From positions 3,188,797 through 3,252,796 of the forward strand of contig CBDDFZ010000001.1 of assembly GCA_965227515.1 (NCBI GenBank): a stretch of 64,000 bases of DNA, read 5' to 3'. The position numbers and the translations under genes were made by a program. The notes below the pieces were generated by a model that saw only the letters and a list, made by a program, of their open reading frames with translations, was not told the origin of the DNA and searched no databases. Positions 29,211-41,333 of the stretch are shown one piece after another (position 1 is the first letter of the stretch; each line of letters begins with the position of its first letter). The stretch is from Alphaproteobacteria bacterium (lineage in GTDB: Bacteria; Pseudomonadota; Alphaproteobacteria; CALKHQ01).

Positions 29211-29822
29211 ATGCTGTCGCTCAGCCAGTTCGACGACTCCAGCGAGGATGACGGCACGGTCTTTCGCGATGTCATCATGCTGGTGCTGTTCGGGTTCGTG
29301 ACCATCGTCGTGCTGCTGCTGCCGCACCTGAACCCACCGGTCGAGCCGGCCGAGGACATCCAGACGCCCGGCAACATCATGGTGGAAGTGCGCTGGCCCG
29401 ACGACGTCGACGCCGATGTCGACCTTTGGGTCGAGGCACCCGGCGATGTGCCGGTGGGTTATTCCAACAAGGACGGCCAGTACTTCAACCTGCTGCGCGA
29501 CGATCTAGGCCAGCGCAACGACCCGGCCGGCCTCAACTATGAGGTCGCGTTCAGCCGGGGGGTGCCCGAGGGCGAGTACACCGTCAACCTTCACCTCTAC
29601 CGCAAGCGCGGCGACATCGGCCCGGTCGAGGTGGTGGTCGTCGTCTCGATCCGCGACGACGAGACCGACAAGACGATCCACTTGCTGGACCGCACCGTTA
29701 CCCTGTCCAACCTGGGCGAGGAACTGACCGTCGTGCGCTTCAGCCTGGACGAGGACGGCGAGATGGTCGAGGGCAGCATGCACAATCTGCAGCGCAACCT
29801 GCGCACGTCGAGTGCGGGCTGA
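29211..29822 (+). CDS. ExbD/TolR-like membrane anchor with non-canonical periplasmic domain
   Basis: N-terminal DDSSEDDGTVFRDVIMLVLFGFVTIVVLL aligns with ExbD NLDDNGEMHDINVTPFIDVMLVLLIIFMV, including the conserved TM Asp. The C-terminal 150 aa are acidic and unlike ExbD/TolR. It starts 1 nt after the MotA-like stop. Confidence 0.6.
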   Translation: MLSLSQFDDSSEDDGTVFRDVIMLVLFGFVTIVVLLLPHLNPPVEPAEDIQTPGNIMVEVRWPDDVDADVDLWVEAPGDVPVGYSNKDGQYFNLLRDDLGQRNDPAGLNYEVAFSRGVPEGEYTVNLHLYRKRGDIGPVEVVVVVSIRDDETDKTIHLLDRTVTLSNLGEELTVVRFSLDEDGEMVEGSMHNLQRNLRTSSAG

Positions 29823-29840
29823 GGCGGGCCGGAGAAACCC

Positions 29841-30314
29841 ATGGAACCTGCGATCCCGATCTTCTTCGCCATTGTCGCCCTCGGCACCGCGCTGGCGACC
29901 CTGACCATTTGGTCGCGCCGCCGGCCGGCCGCGAAGGTCGCGGCGGTCGGTCTGACGGGCGCCCTGTTCATCTCAGGTTACTTCTCGCTAGTCGAGCTGT
30001 TGGGCCGGCCAAAGCCGATCGACCTGGAATGGGGGCAGCCGGACCTGGCCGACGCCACGGTGCTTGGCTCCGACATGCGCGAGGACGAGGCGATCTATCT
30101 GTGGCTGCGTTTCGACGGCGTGGACGTGCCGCGGGCCTATGTGCTGCCGTGGAGCCAGGATCTGGCGCAGCAGCTCCAGTCAGCCACGCGCCAAGCCGAG
30201 GAGGACGGCACCGAGGTGCGCATGCGCGAACCGTTGAACGGCGATCGTCCGGACGACGAGGAGCCGGTCTTCTATGCCCAGCCGCAATCGCCGCTGCCGC
30301 CTAAGCCCGCCTGA
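29841..30314 (+). CDS. hypothetical 2-TM membrane protein (third gene of MotA/ExbD-like operon)
   Basis: Two N-terminal TM helices, then an acidic soluble domain with a Pro-rich tail. The SD GGAGAAA is 18 nt after the upstream stop. Confidence 0.5.
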   Translation: MEPAIPIFFAIVALGTALATLTIWSRRRPAAKVAAVGLTGALFISGYFSLVELLGRPKPIDLEWGQPDLADATVLGSDMREDEAIYLWLRFDGVDVPRAYVLPWSQDLAQQLQSATRQAEEDGTEVRMREPLNGDRPDDEEPVFYAQPQSPLPPKPA

Positions 30315-30566
30315 TTGCGATTACCCGAAACGACGCCAACAACCGCAATATTGATCTGGAAATTCGTGGCTGGTTGAAACTATCTGGCAATTTGTCGGCG
30401 GGTATACCGACAAACACTTGATTTCCGGGCGTTTGCGGCACATCTTCCAGACACAGCATACGATTCATTTCGGTGCCGGCACATTGCGCGTGGTTCATGA
30501 AAACTTCATCACGTCGCGCGCGCCTGCCACTTCTCATACACACTCACACCTGTTGCAGGGGGATTG

Positions 30567-32099
<1,533 letters not shown>

Positions 32100-32158
32100 T
32101 TGCCGCGCACGCCTGACGACACCAAGCCCGACGACCACCCAGACGGAGAGCGGATGTC

Positions 32159-32398
32159 ATGCAAACGATCTTTGTCATGGTGAAGTGCGAACTCGGCCGC
32201 GCCTATGACGTGGCCGACGAGGCGGTCGCGGTCGAGGGCGTTTCGGAAGTTTATTCTACATCAGGGCAGTATGACCTGTTGTTGAAGTGCTATCTGGACG
32301 ATGACGACGACATCGGCCACTTCGTCAACAACGAGGTCCAGAAGCTGAGCGGGGTGAAGGACACCTTCACCCTCATCACCTTCAAGGCATTCACCTGA
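32159..32398 (+). CDS. stand-alone Lrp/AsnC ligand-binding (RAM) domain protein
   Basis: 79 aa (MQTIFVMVKCELGRAYDVADEAVAVEGVSEVYSTSGQYDLLLKCYLDDDDDIGHFVNNEVQKLSGVKDTFTLITFKAF). Confidence 0.65.
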   Translation: MQTIFVMVKCELGRAYDVADEAVAVEGVSEVYSTSGQYDLLLKCYLDDDDDIGHFVNNEVQKLSGVKDTFTLITFKAFT

Positions 32399-32420
32399 CC
32401 GCCCCCTGGCGGCCCTTCCC

Positions 32421-33200
32421 ATGACCTCTCTGGCAGGCAAGACCGCACTGGTCACCGGCGGCAACCGGGGCATTGGCGCGGCGATTGCCGATGCGCTGGC
32501 CGGCCAGGGCGCCGATATCTGGATCACCGGCCGCGACAAGGCGGCGTTGTCCGCGACCGCGGCCGACATTGCCGCCCGGCACGGCGTCTCGGTCGAGCAG
32601 GCGGTGTGCGACGTCACCGACCGCGCGGCGATTGCCCGTCTGGCGGACGCCGTGAAGGCCACGGGCACCGACCCGGACATCCTGGTCAACAACGCCGGCG
32701 TTGCCCACAGCGCGTCCTTCGAGCGTCTGGACCCGGCGGACTGGGACCGATTGCTCGCCACCAACCTCACCAGCGTTTTCGCGCTGACCCAGGCCTTCAT
32801 CCCCGCCATGCGCACCGCCGGCTTCGGCCGCGTGGTCAATATCGCGTCGATCGCCGGGCTGCAGGGCTATGGCTACATCGCTGCCTATTGCGCCGCCAAG
32901 CACGGGCTGATCGGGCTCACGCGCGCGCTGGCCGTGGAGTACGCCCGCACCGGCGTCACGGTGAACGCGGTCTGCCCCGGCTACACCGACACAGCCCTGG
33001 TGACCGACGCGGTCGCCCGCATCGTCGACAAGACCGAGATGTCGCCCGACAAGGCCCAGGCGGCGCTGATCGCAGACATGCCGATGGCCCGCCTGGTGAC
33101 CCCGGCGGAGGTGGCGGCGGCCGTGGTGTGGCTCTGCGGGCCGGGCAGTGACGTCGTCACCGGCACCTCGATTCCGGTCGCTGGCGGCGCGGTGATGTGA
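32421..33200 (+). CDS. SDR family oxidoreductase (3-hydroxyacyl-CoA/3-oxoacyl reductase-like)
   Basis: TALVTGGNRGIGAAIA Rossmann motif and a YxxxK (YCAAKHG) catalytic pair. Confidence 0.75.
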   Translation: MTSLAGKTALVTGGNRGIGAAIADALAGQGADIWITGRDKAALSATAADIAARHGVSVEQAVCDVTDRAAIARLADAVKATGTDPDILVNNAGVAHSASFERLDPADWDRLLATNLTSVFALTQAFIPAMRTAGFGRVVNIASIAGLQGYGYIAAYCAAKHGLIGLTRALAVEYARTGVTVNAVCPGYTDTALVTDAVARIVDKTEMSPDKAQAALIADMPMARLVTPAEVAAAVVWLCGPGSDVVTGTSIPVAGGAVM

Positions 33201-33270
33201 GCCCGTGCCACGGCATTTGCCCGCGAGCCATTTACCGGTGACATTTTAGGCAGCCGCGCCATACTTCGGC

Positions 33271-34128
33271 ATGGACTCAGCCGCCTTGCCCGCCCTTGCC
33301 AGCCTGCGCTTCGCCATAGCCGACCCGGCAACCCATGCCGCCGCGCATTTCGACTGGCGGGTGGCCGGCGCGGTCGGCCATGTCACGCTCGCCCGGCCGG
33401 AGCGCAAGAACCCCCTCACCTTCGAGTCTTATGCCGAGTTGCGCGACCTGTTTCGCGCTCTGGCCGACAACCGCACCGTCAAGGCCGTCGTCATCAGTGG
33501 CGCCGACGGCAATTTCTGCTCCGGCGGCGACGTGCACGACATCATCGGCCCGCTGGTCGGCGCCGACATGTCGGGCCTGCTGGCCTTCACCCGCATGACC
33601 GGCGACCTGGTGCTGGCGATGCGTGCGTGCCCGCAGCCCATCGTCGCCGCCATCGACGGTGTCTGCGTCGGCGCCGGCGCGATCCTGGCGATGGCGTCGG
33701 ACATGCGTTTCGGCACCGCCGACAGCAAGGTCGCGTTCCTGTTCAGCCGGGTCGGCCTTGCCGGCTGCGACATGGGGGCGTGCGCGATCCTGCCGCGCAT
33801 CGTCGGCGCCGGGCGGGCGGCGGAACTGCTCTACACAGGCCGCAGCATGGATGGCACCGAGGCCGAGCGCTGGGGCTTCTACAACAACCTATTTGCGCCC
33901 CAGGATGTGGTCGATCACGCCTTGGCGATGGCGGAACGACTGGCCGGCGGCCCCAGCTTCGCGCACGCCATGACCAAGCGGATGATGCACCGCGAGTGGG
34001 ATATGTCGATCGAGGCGGCGGTCGAGGCCGAGGCCCAGGCGCAAGCGATTTGCATGCAAACGCGCGATTTCGAGCGTGCCTATCGCGCCTTCGTCGCCAA
34101 GCAGCGCCCCATCTTCGAGGGCGACTGA
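33271..34128 (+). CDS. enoyl-CoA hydratase/isomerase (crotonase) family protein
   Basis: Crotonase fold motifs ([40 protein letters not shown]). The stop overlaps the next start (TGATG). Confidence 0.75.
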   Translation: MDSAALPALASLRFAIADPATHAAAHFDWRVAGAVGHVTLARPERKNPLTFESYAELRDLFRALADNRTVKAVVISGADGNFCSGGDVHDIIGPLVGADMSGLLAFTRMTGDLVLAMRACPQPIVAAIDGVCVGAGAILAMASDMRFGTADSKVAFLFSRVGLAGCDMGACAILPRIVGAGRAAELLYTGRSMDGTEAERWGFYNNLFAPQDVVDHALAMAERLAGGPSFAHAMTKRMMHREWDMSIEAAVEAEAQAQAICMQTRDFERAYRAFVAKQRPIFEGD

Positions 34129-35297
34129 TGGCCGACGCGGACTATCTGGACTGGCCGTTCTTCGACGACAGCCACCGCGACCTCGCCGGCGGCATCCGCG
34201 GCTGGGCGGCGGCGCATGCCGGCGGCGACCATGGCGACGATGTCGACGGGACCTGCCGCGGGTTGGTCGCCGGCCTGGGGGCGGACGGCTGGTTGCGCCA
34301 TGCGGTGCCCGATGAGGGCGACCGCCACGATGTGCGCTCCATCGCGCTGATCCGCGAGGCGCTGGCCTACCAGGACGGGCTGGCGGACTTCGCCTTCGTC
34401 ATGCAAGGGCTTGGCACCGCCGCCGTGCACCGCTTCGGCACGCCGGCGCAGCGGGACGCGATCCTGGGCGGCGCGCGGGACGGCACTGCCATCGCCGCGC
34501 TGGCGATGACCGAGCCGCAGTCCGGTTCCGACGTTGCCAACATCCAGGCCACGGCCAGGCGCACCGACGGCGGATATGTGCTCGATGGCACCAAGCGCTA
34601 CATCTCCAACGCCGGGCTCGCCGACTTCTACCTCGTGCTCGCGCGCACTGGAGAGGCACCGGGCGCCAAGGGCCTGTCGATGCTGCTGGTCCCGGCCGAT
34701 GCGCCCGGGCTGAGCTTGGGCACCCGCCACGCAGTGATGGCCCCGCACCCGCTGGGCGATATCGAATTCCGCAACTGCCAGGTGCCCGACGATGCCGTGA
34801 TCGGCGTTGCCGGCGACGGTTTCAAGATCGCAATGTCGGTGCTGGACAGCTTCCGCGCCTCGGTCGGCGCCGCCGCCCTGGGCTTCGCGCGCCGCGCCCT
34901 GGATGAGACGCTGGCCTGGAGCGAGCAGCGCCAGATGTTCGGCGGTCGCCAGAACGACCTGCAACTGGTGCAGGCCGCCATCGGCGACATGGCGACGGCC
35001 ATAGATGCCGCCGCCCTGCTGGTCTATCGCGCGGCGTGGCGGCATGATACCGGGGCTGCGCGGGTGACCCGCGAAGCCTCGATGGCCAAGCTCTTCGCCA
35101 CCGAGGCAGCGCAACAGGTGGTCGACACCGCGGTCCAGCTTCACGGCGGCGCGGGCGTGATCGCCGGAAATGTGGTGGAGCGGCTCTACCGCGAGGTGCG
35201 GGCGCTGCGCATCTATGAGGGCGCGTCGGAGGTGCAGCGGCTGATCGTCGGCGGCCAGGTCCTGCGCGCGGCGCGTGACACGGCGAACGGAGACTGA
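34128..35297 (+). CDS. acyl-CoA dehydrogenase family protein
   Basis: ACAD domains (ALAMTEPQSGSDVANIQ, catalytic-base region YEGASEVQRLIVG). Confidence 0.75.
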   Translation: MADADYLDWPFFDDSHRDLAGGIRGWAAAHAGGDHGDDVDGTCRGLVAGLGADGWLRHAVPDEGDRHDVRSIALIREALAYQDGLADFAFVMQGLGTAAVHRFGTPAQRDAILGGARDGTAIAALAMTEPQSGSDVANIQATARRTDGGYVLDGTKRYISNAGLADFYLVLARTGEAPGAKGLSMLLVPADAPGLSLGTRHAVMAPHPLGDIEFRNCQVPDDAVIGVAGDGFKIAMSVLDSFRASVGAAALGFARRALDETLAWSEQRQMFGGRQNDLQLVQAAIGDMATAIDAAALLVYRAAWRHDTGAARVTREASMAKLFATEAAQQVVDTAVQLHGGAGVIAGNVVERLYREVRALRIYEGASEVQRLIVGGQVLRAARDTANGD

Positions 35298-35299
35298 AG

Positions 35300-36955
35300 G
35301 TGCACCCCAGCGGGCATGTCGACACATTCGCGCGCGATAACCTGCCGCCGGCCGACCAGTGGCCGGTGATCGAGACCGGCGGGCTTGCCGCACTGGACTA
35401 TCCGGCCCGGTTCAACGCCGCCGATGTGCTGCTGGGCGATGCGCTGGCCGCCGGCCACGGCAACCGGCCGGCGATCCACTGGCCCGGCGGGCGCTGGAGC
35501 TATGCCGAGCTTGCCGCCGCCGTCGACCGTATTGCCCACGTCATCGTGCAGGACATGGGTGTCGTGCCCGGCAACCGTATCCTGCTCCATGGCGGCAACA
35601 GCCCGATGCTGGCGGCGGCATGGCTCGCCATCGTTAAGGCCGGTGCCATCGCGGTCGCCACTATGCCCCAGCTCCGCGCCCGCGAGCTGGCCAAGATCGT
35701 GACCAAGGCCGAGGTCGATTTCTGCCTGTTTCAGAATGACTTGAAGGCCGAAATTGATGGCATGATCGAGCTGACCGGCCGCGACGTGAAGAGCGTTGCC
35801 TTCAATGGCGATGGGGCTGGCGATGGCTCTGGCGACCTCGCCAAGCGCATGGCCGCGCACGATGCGCCGTTCGCGGCGGCCGACACGGCGTCGGACGATG
35901 TCTGCATCATCGCCTTCACCTCGGGCACCACCGGCCAGCCCAAGGGCACGCTGCATTTCCACCGCGACATGCTGACGATCTGCGACACCTTCTCCAAGCT
36001 GGTGCTGGAGCCGGTGGCCGACGACATCTTCATCGGCTCGCCGCCGCTGGCGTTCGCGTTCGGCCTTGGCGGGCTGCTGCTGTTCCCGATGCGCGCGTTC
36101 GCTTCCACCGTGCTCGGCATCAAGCCTGGCCCGCCGGCCCTGGCCGAGGCGATCGGCGTGTTCGGGGCGACGGTCTGCTTCTCCGCCCCCACGGCGTTTC
36201 GCGCCATGCTCGACCCGGCGTCGGCGCCGTACCTGAAGACCCTGCGCAAGTGCGTGTCGGCCGGCGAGACCCTGCCGGCGCCCGTCTACGAGCAATGGCG
36301 CGAGACCACCGGCATCTCGATCATCGACGGCATCGGCTCGACCGAGATGTTGCACATCTTCATTTCCGCCCGCGAAGTCGACATGCGGGCCGGCGCCACC
36401 GGCATCGCCGTGCCCGGCTACCGCGCCCAGGTCGTCGACGAGGACGGCAACCCCGTGTTCGCCGGCACGGTTGGGAAACTGGCCGTGCGCGGGCCCACCG
36501 GCTGCCGCTATCTGGCCGACGACCGGCAGTTGTCCTATGTCCAGAACGGTTGGAACCTGACCGGCGACGCCTATCTGATGGATGAGGATGGGTATTTCGT
36601 GTTCCAGGCCCGCACCGACGACATGATCGTCTCGTCGGGCTACAACATCGCCGGGCCGGAGGTTGAATCGGCGCTTCTGGAACACCCCGGCGTGTCGGAA
36701 TGCGCTGTCGTCGGCGCGCCGGACCCGCAGCGCGGCCACATTGTAAAGGCCTATGTCGTGCTGCGCGATCCGGATGAGGCCGGCCCCGAAACTGCCAAGG
36801 CGCTGCAGGATTTCACCAAGAGTGTCATCGCCCCCTACAAATATCCCCGCGCCGTGGAGTTCGTCGCCGAACTGCCGCGCACGCCGACCGGCAAGGTCCA
36901 GCGCTTCCGCTTGCGCGAAGATGCCGCCGGTCGTGGTGGGCCGGGGCGTGGCTGA
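35300..36955 (+). CDS. AMP-binding acyl-CoA synthetase (benzoate-CoA ligase family-like)
   Basis: AFTSGTTGQPKG AMP-binding motif, YGSTE-like GIGSTEM, and a C-terminal PRTPTGKVQR Lys motif. GTG start. Confidence 0.75.
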   Translation: MHPSGHVDTFARDNLPPADQWPVIETGGLAALDYPARFNAADVLLGDALAAGHGNRPAIHWPGGRWSYAELAAAVDRIAHVIVQDMGVVPGNRILLHGGNSPMLAAAWLAIVKAGAIAVATMPQLRARELAKIVTKAEVDFCLFQNDLKAEIDGMIELTGRDVKSVAFNGDGAGDGSGDLAKRMAAHDAPFAAADTASDDVCIIAFTSGTTGQPKGTLHFHRDMLTICDTFSKLVLEPVADDIFIGSPPLAFAFGLGGLLLFPMRAFASTVLGIKPGPPALAEAIGVFGATVCFSAPTAFRAMLDPASAPYLKTLRKCVSAGETLPAPVYEQWRETTGISIIDGIGSTEMLHIFISAREVDMRAGATGIAVPGYRAQVVDEDGNPVFAGTVGKLAVRGPTGCRYLADDRQLSYVQNGWNLTGDAYLMDEDGYFVFQARTDDMIVSSGYNIAGPEVESALLEHPGVSECAVVGAPDPQRGHIVKAYVVLRDPDEAGPETAKALQDFTKSVIAPYKYPRAVEFVAELPRTPTGKVQRFRLREDAAGRGGPGRG

Positions 36956-36966
36956 TTGATGGCCGC

Positions 36967-37767
36967 GTGACGACACACGATCCATTCGCACCGCCGCCGC
37001 GCCAAAAGGGGACCAGGCGGCGGGAGCCGATCTTCAATGCCAAGGGCCGCGGCTTCACCCTTGGCTTCGCGCTGGCCTGCGTTGCGGTCTACCTGTTCCA
37101 GCAGGCGGCGGGCCTGCGCGAGACCCGCGACCTGTTCGAGGCGTTCGGCCTGGTCCCCTACTACTTCCTGCTCGGCATAGACGTTACATATCATGGGGTT
37201 ATCGTCCCTTCTTGGGCCAATATCCTCACCCATATGCTACTGCACGACGGGTTCTGGCACCTGGCACTGAACATGCTGGCGCTGGTGTCGTTCGGCGGCA
37301 TGGTGGAGCGCACCATCCGCACCTGGCGCATGGCTGTGTTGTTCCTGGTCGGCGGGGTGGTGGCCGGCCTGGCCGAGGTATGGCTCAGCTCGGAGCAGTT
37401 CATCCTGATGGTCGGTGCCAGCGGGGCGATCTTCGCCGTGGTCGGCGCCTATGTGATGCTGTGGCCATTCACACGGGTCTATCTGTTGGTGATCCCGATG
37501 CCGGGCTGGGTGCTGCTGGCGGTGATCGTGGTGCTGCACCTGGTGCTCGGCTACGGCCTGCAGCTCGGCGGCATCGCCTGGTGGGCGCATATGGGTGGGC
37601 TGGCCGCCGGCATGCTGCTGATCCTGGTATTGCGGCCGCGCGGCGTGGTGCTGTTCCAGCAACCGCCGCCCCCGCCCCCGATACGCCGGCGCCGCCCGAC
37701 GATGTTCCCGCCCTCCGGCGGTTCGTCGCCCTCAGGCAAGGAGCCCGGCGGCCGCCCCCTGCCCTGA
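36967..37767 (+). CDS. rhomboid family intramembrane serine protease
   Basis: GASGAIFAVVGAY (GxSG) and HMGGLAAG catalytic His, with 6 TM helices and a Pro-rich C-terminal tail. Confidence 0.75.
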   Translation: MTTHDPFAPPPRQKGTRRREPIFNAKGRGFTLGFALACVAVYLFQQAAGLRETRDLFEAFGLVPYYFLLGIDVTYHGVIVPSWANILTHMLLHDGFWHLALNMLALVSFGGMVERTIRTWRMAVLFLVGGVVAGLAEVWLSSEQFILMVGASGAIFAVVGAYVMLWPFTRVYLLVIPMPGWVLLAVIVVLHLVLGYGLQLGGIAWWAHMGGLAAGMLLILVLRPRGVVLFQQPPPPPPIRRRRPTMFPPSGGSSPSGKEPGGRPLP

Positions 37768-37864
37768 CTTGGCCGATACCTGATCGCACCCGGGCTCCCG
37801 CATTCGGCTGCATGGCCGGGGCCGCAACCCGTGTATACTCGGGGGGATTCGGAGGGGAGCGCGC

Positions 37865-39355
<1,491 letters not shown>

Positions 39356-39397
39356 TGCCGCTATCCCCCGCCCCCCTGGCCAACCCCCCGAAGGTGC

Positions 39398-41086
39398 ATG
39401 CCTGACGACACAGCCCTGACACATCTGGTGATCCTGTTCGCCGCGGCGGTCATCGTGGTGCCGCTGTTGCGTTACGGCAAGGCGAGCCCGGTGCTGGGCT
39501 TCCTGTTGGCCGGCGTGATCGTTGGGCCTTCGGGTTTCGAGCTCGTGCCGGAATCGGAGCTGACGGCCACGCTGGCCGAGTTCGGCGTGATGTTCCTGCT
39601 GTTCGCCATCGGGCTGGAACTTTCCATCGAGCGCCTGCGGGCCATGCGCTACCTGGTGTTCGGGCTGGGCGCGGCGCAGTGCGCGGCCTGCGCCATCGTC
39701 ATTGGCGGGTTTGTCTATCTGATGGGGGCGGGCGGAGCGGCGTCCATACTTATCGGTGCGGCCCTGGCCTTGTCGTCCACGGCGTTCGTCATGCAACTCC
39801 TGGACGAGCGCGGCGAGCTGGCCTCCCAGCACGGCCGATCCGCGTTTGCCATCCTGCTGTTCCAGGACCTGGCCGCCGTGCCGCTGATCGCGTTGGTCGG
39901 CGTCCTGGGTGGCGATGCCGCCGAGATCGGCATGGCGGTGCTGACCACGTTCGGTGTCGCGCTGGGCGTTTTCGCCGGCATCCTGATTATCGGCCGGGTG
40001 GTGCTGCGCCCTGCCCTGCGGCTGGTCGCAACCAGCCGCAGCGCGGAGATCTTCACCGTCGTGACCCTGCTGCTTGTGATCGGTACCGGCTGGCTGACCC
40101 ACCTGTTCGGGCTCTCCATCGTGCTCGGCGCGTTCCTGGCCGGCATCCTGCTGGCCGAGACCGAATACCGGCACCAGGTGGAGGCCGACATTCGGCCATT
40201 CCGCGGCGTGCTGCTGGGGCTGTTCTTCACCACCATCGGCATGTCCATCGACCTGTCGGTGGCGATGGAGCGCTGGGGCGAGCTGGTCCTCATCGTGCTG
40301 GGCCTGATGCTGACCAAGGCGCTGCTGATAACCCTGGTGGCCTGGGTTTCGTCCCGGCGATGGACCGATGCGGTGCGCACTGGCGTATTCCTGGCCCAGG
40401 GCGGCGAGTTCGCCTTCGTCGTTTTCGAACTGGCCGGCCGCGAGGGCCTGATCGAGGCCGACTTGCGGCAGATCCTGGTCGTGTCGGTCGCGGTCTCAAT
40501 GCTGCTGACGCCGCTGTTGGTCGGTGGGGCGGCGCGCGCTATCCGTCATGTCGAAGCGAAGCGGCGCGGCGACCAGAAGTTTGCGGCGCCGGATGCCGAG
40601 GACGTCCAGAACCATGCCCTGATCGCTGGCTTTGGCCGCACCGGGCGCACGATCGCGGAGATCCTGGTGCGCCAGGGCTTCAACTACGTGGCGCTGGACC
40701 AGGACCCCGCCGCCGTGGCGGAGGCGCGCAGCAAGGGCTTGCCGGTCTACTACGGCAACGTGAACCACTCCCACGTCTTGGAGGGCGCCGGCATCGCCCA
40801 TGCCCAGGTCGCCATCGTCACCGTCAACGACACCATCGCGGCCGAGCGCACCGTGCACGCCATCAAGCGGGATTGGCCGCGCCTGCCGATCATTGCACGC
40901 GCCAAGGATGTTCCGCACGCCGAGCATCTGCAGCGCGCCGGCGCCGCCGTGATCGTGCCGGAGGTGCACGAGGCGAGCCTGCGCCTGGGCACCGAGGCAT
41001 TGACCAAGATGGGCCTGAGCCGCGAGGAAGCGCATCTGGTGATCGAGGACTACCAGACGCTGTTCAAGGACGCATGGCCGCATTGA
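39398..41086 (+). CDS. CPA2 family monovalent cation:proton antiporter with C-terminal RCK/TrkA-N domain (KefB/KefC-like)
   Basis: 12-13 TM Na_H_Exchanger core, then a IAGFGRTGRTIAEIL Rossmann RCK domain. Confidence 0.8.
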   Translation: MPDDTALTHLVILFAAAVIVVPLLRYGKASPVLGFLLAGVIVGPSGFELVPESELTATLAEFGVMFLLFAIGLELSIERLRAMRYLVFGLGAAQCAACAIVIGGFVYLMGAGGAASILIGAALALSSTAFVMQLLDERGELASQHGRSAFAILLFQDLAAVPLIALVGVLGGDAAEIGMAVLTTFGVALGVFAGILIIGRVVLRPALRLVATSRSAEIFTVVTLLLVIGTGWLTHLFGLSIVLGAFLAGILLAETEYRHQVEADIRPFRGVLLGLFFTTIGMSIDLSVAMERWGELVLIVLGLMLTKALLITLVAWVSSRRWTDAVRTGVFLAQGGEFAFVVFELAGREGLIEADLRQILVVSVAVSMLLTPLLVGGAARAIRHVEAKRRGDQKFAAPDAEDVQNHALIAGFGRTGRTIAEILVRQGFNYVALDQDPAAVAEARSKGLPVYYGNVNHSHVLEGAGIAHAQVAIVTVNDTIAAERTVHAIKRDWPRLPIIARAKDVPHAEHLQRAGAAVIVPEVHEASLRLGTEALTKMGLSREEAHLVIEDYQTLFKDAWPH

Positions 41087-41124
41087 TGGCGCCATCGCTT
41101 GCACTGCAAACGAAAAACAGACTT

Positions 41125-41306
41125 GTCGCCCTCGCCCTTGTGGCGAGGGCCCATTTATGTCCGATACGCCAATGGGTTATCGCAATGACATTGGCTGAGG
41201 GGGCAGCCGTATGCCGGGCGCTGATGCACCATGATCGAACGCCATGAAGCACCGTTCGAGCCCCGCATTTGGGAGGGGCCCTTGCCACAAGGGCAAGGGC
41301 GACGAG
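41125..41306. repeat. family B MITE-like element, copy 1
   Basis: Terminal hairpin modules TCGCCCTCGCCCTTGTGGCGAGGGCCCATTTATG ... CATTTGGGAGGGGCCCTTGCCACAAGGGCAAGGGCGA form a long TIR. Confidence 0.7.
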
Positions 41307-41333
41307 GTATGACGGCTGAGACGTGAGCTTGGA

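Noticed and set aside
23553-30314. Genomic island integrated at tRNA-His (tRNA followed by signalling and motor genes)
   Set aside because: No integrase gene, no direct repeat of the tRNA 3' end found downstream, and GC content of the genes is native.
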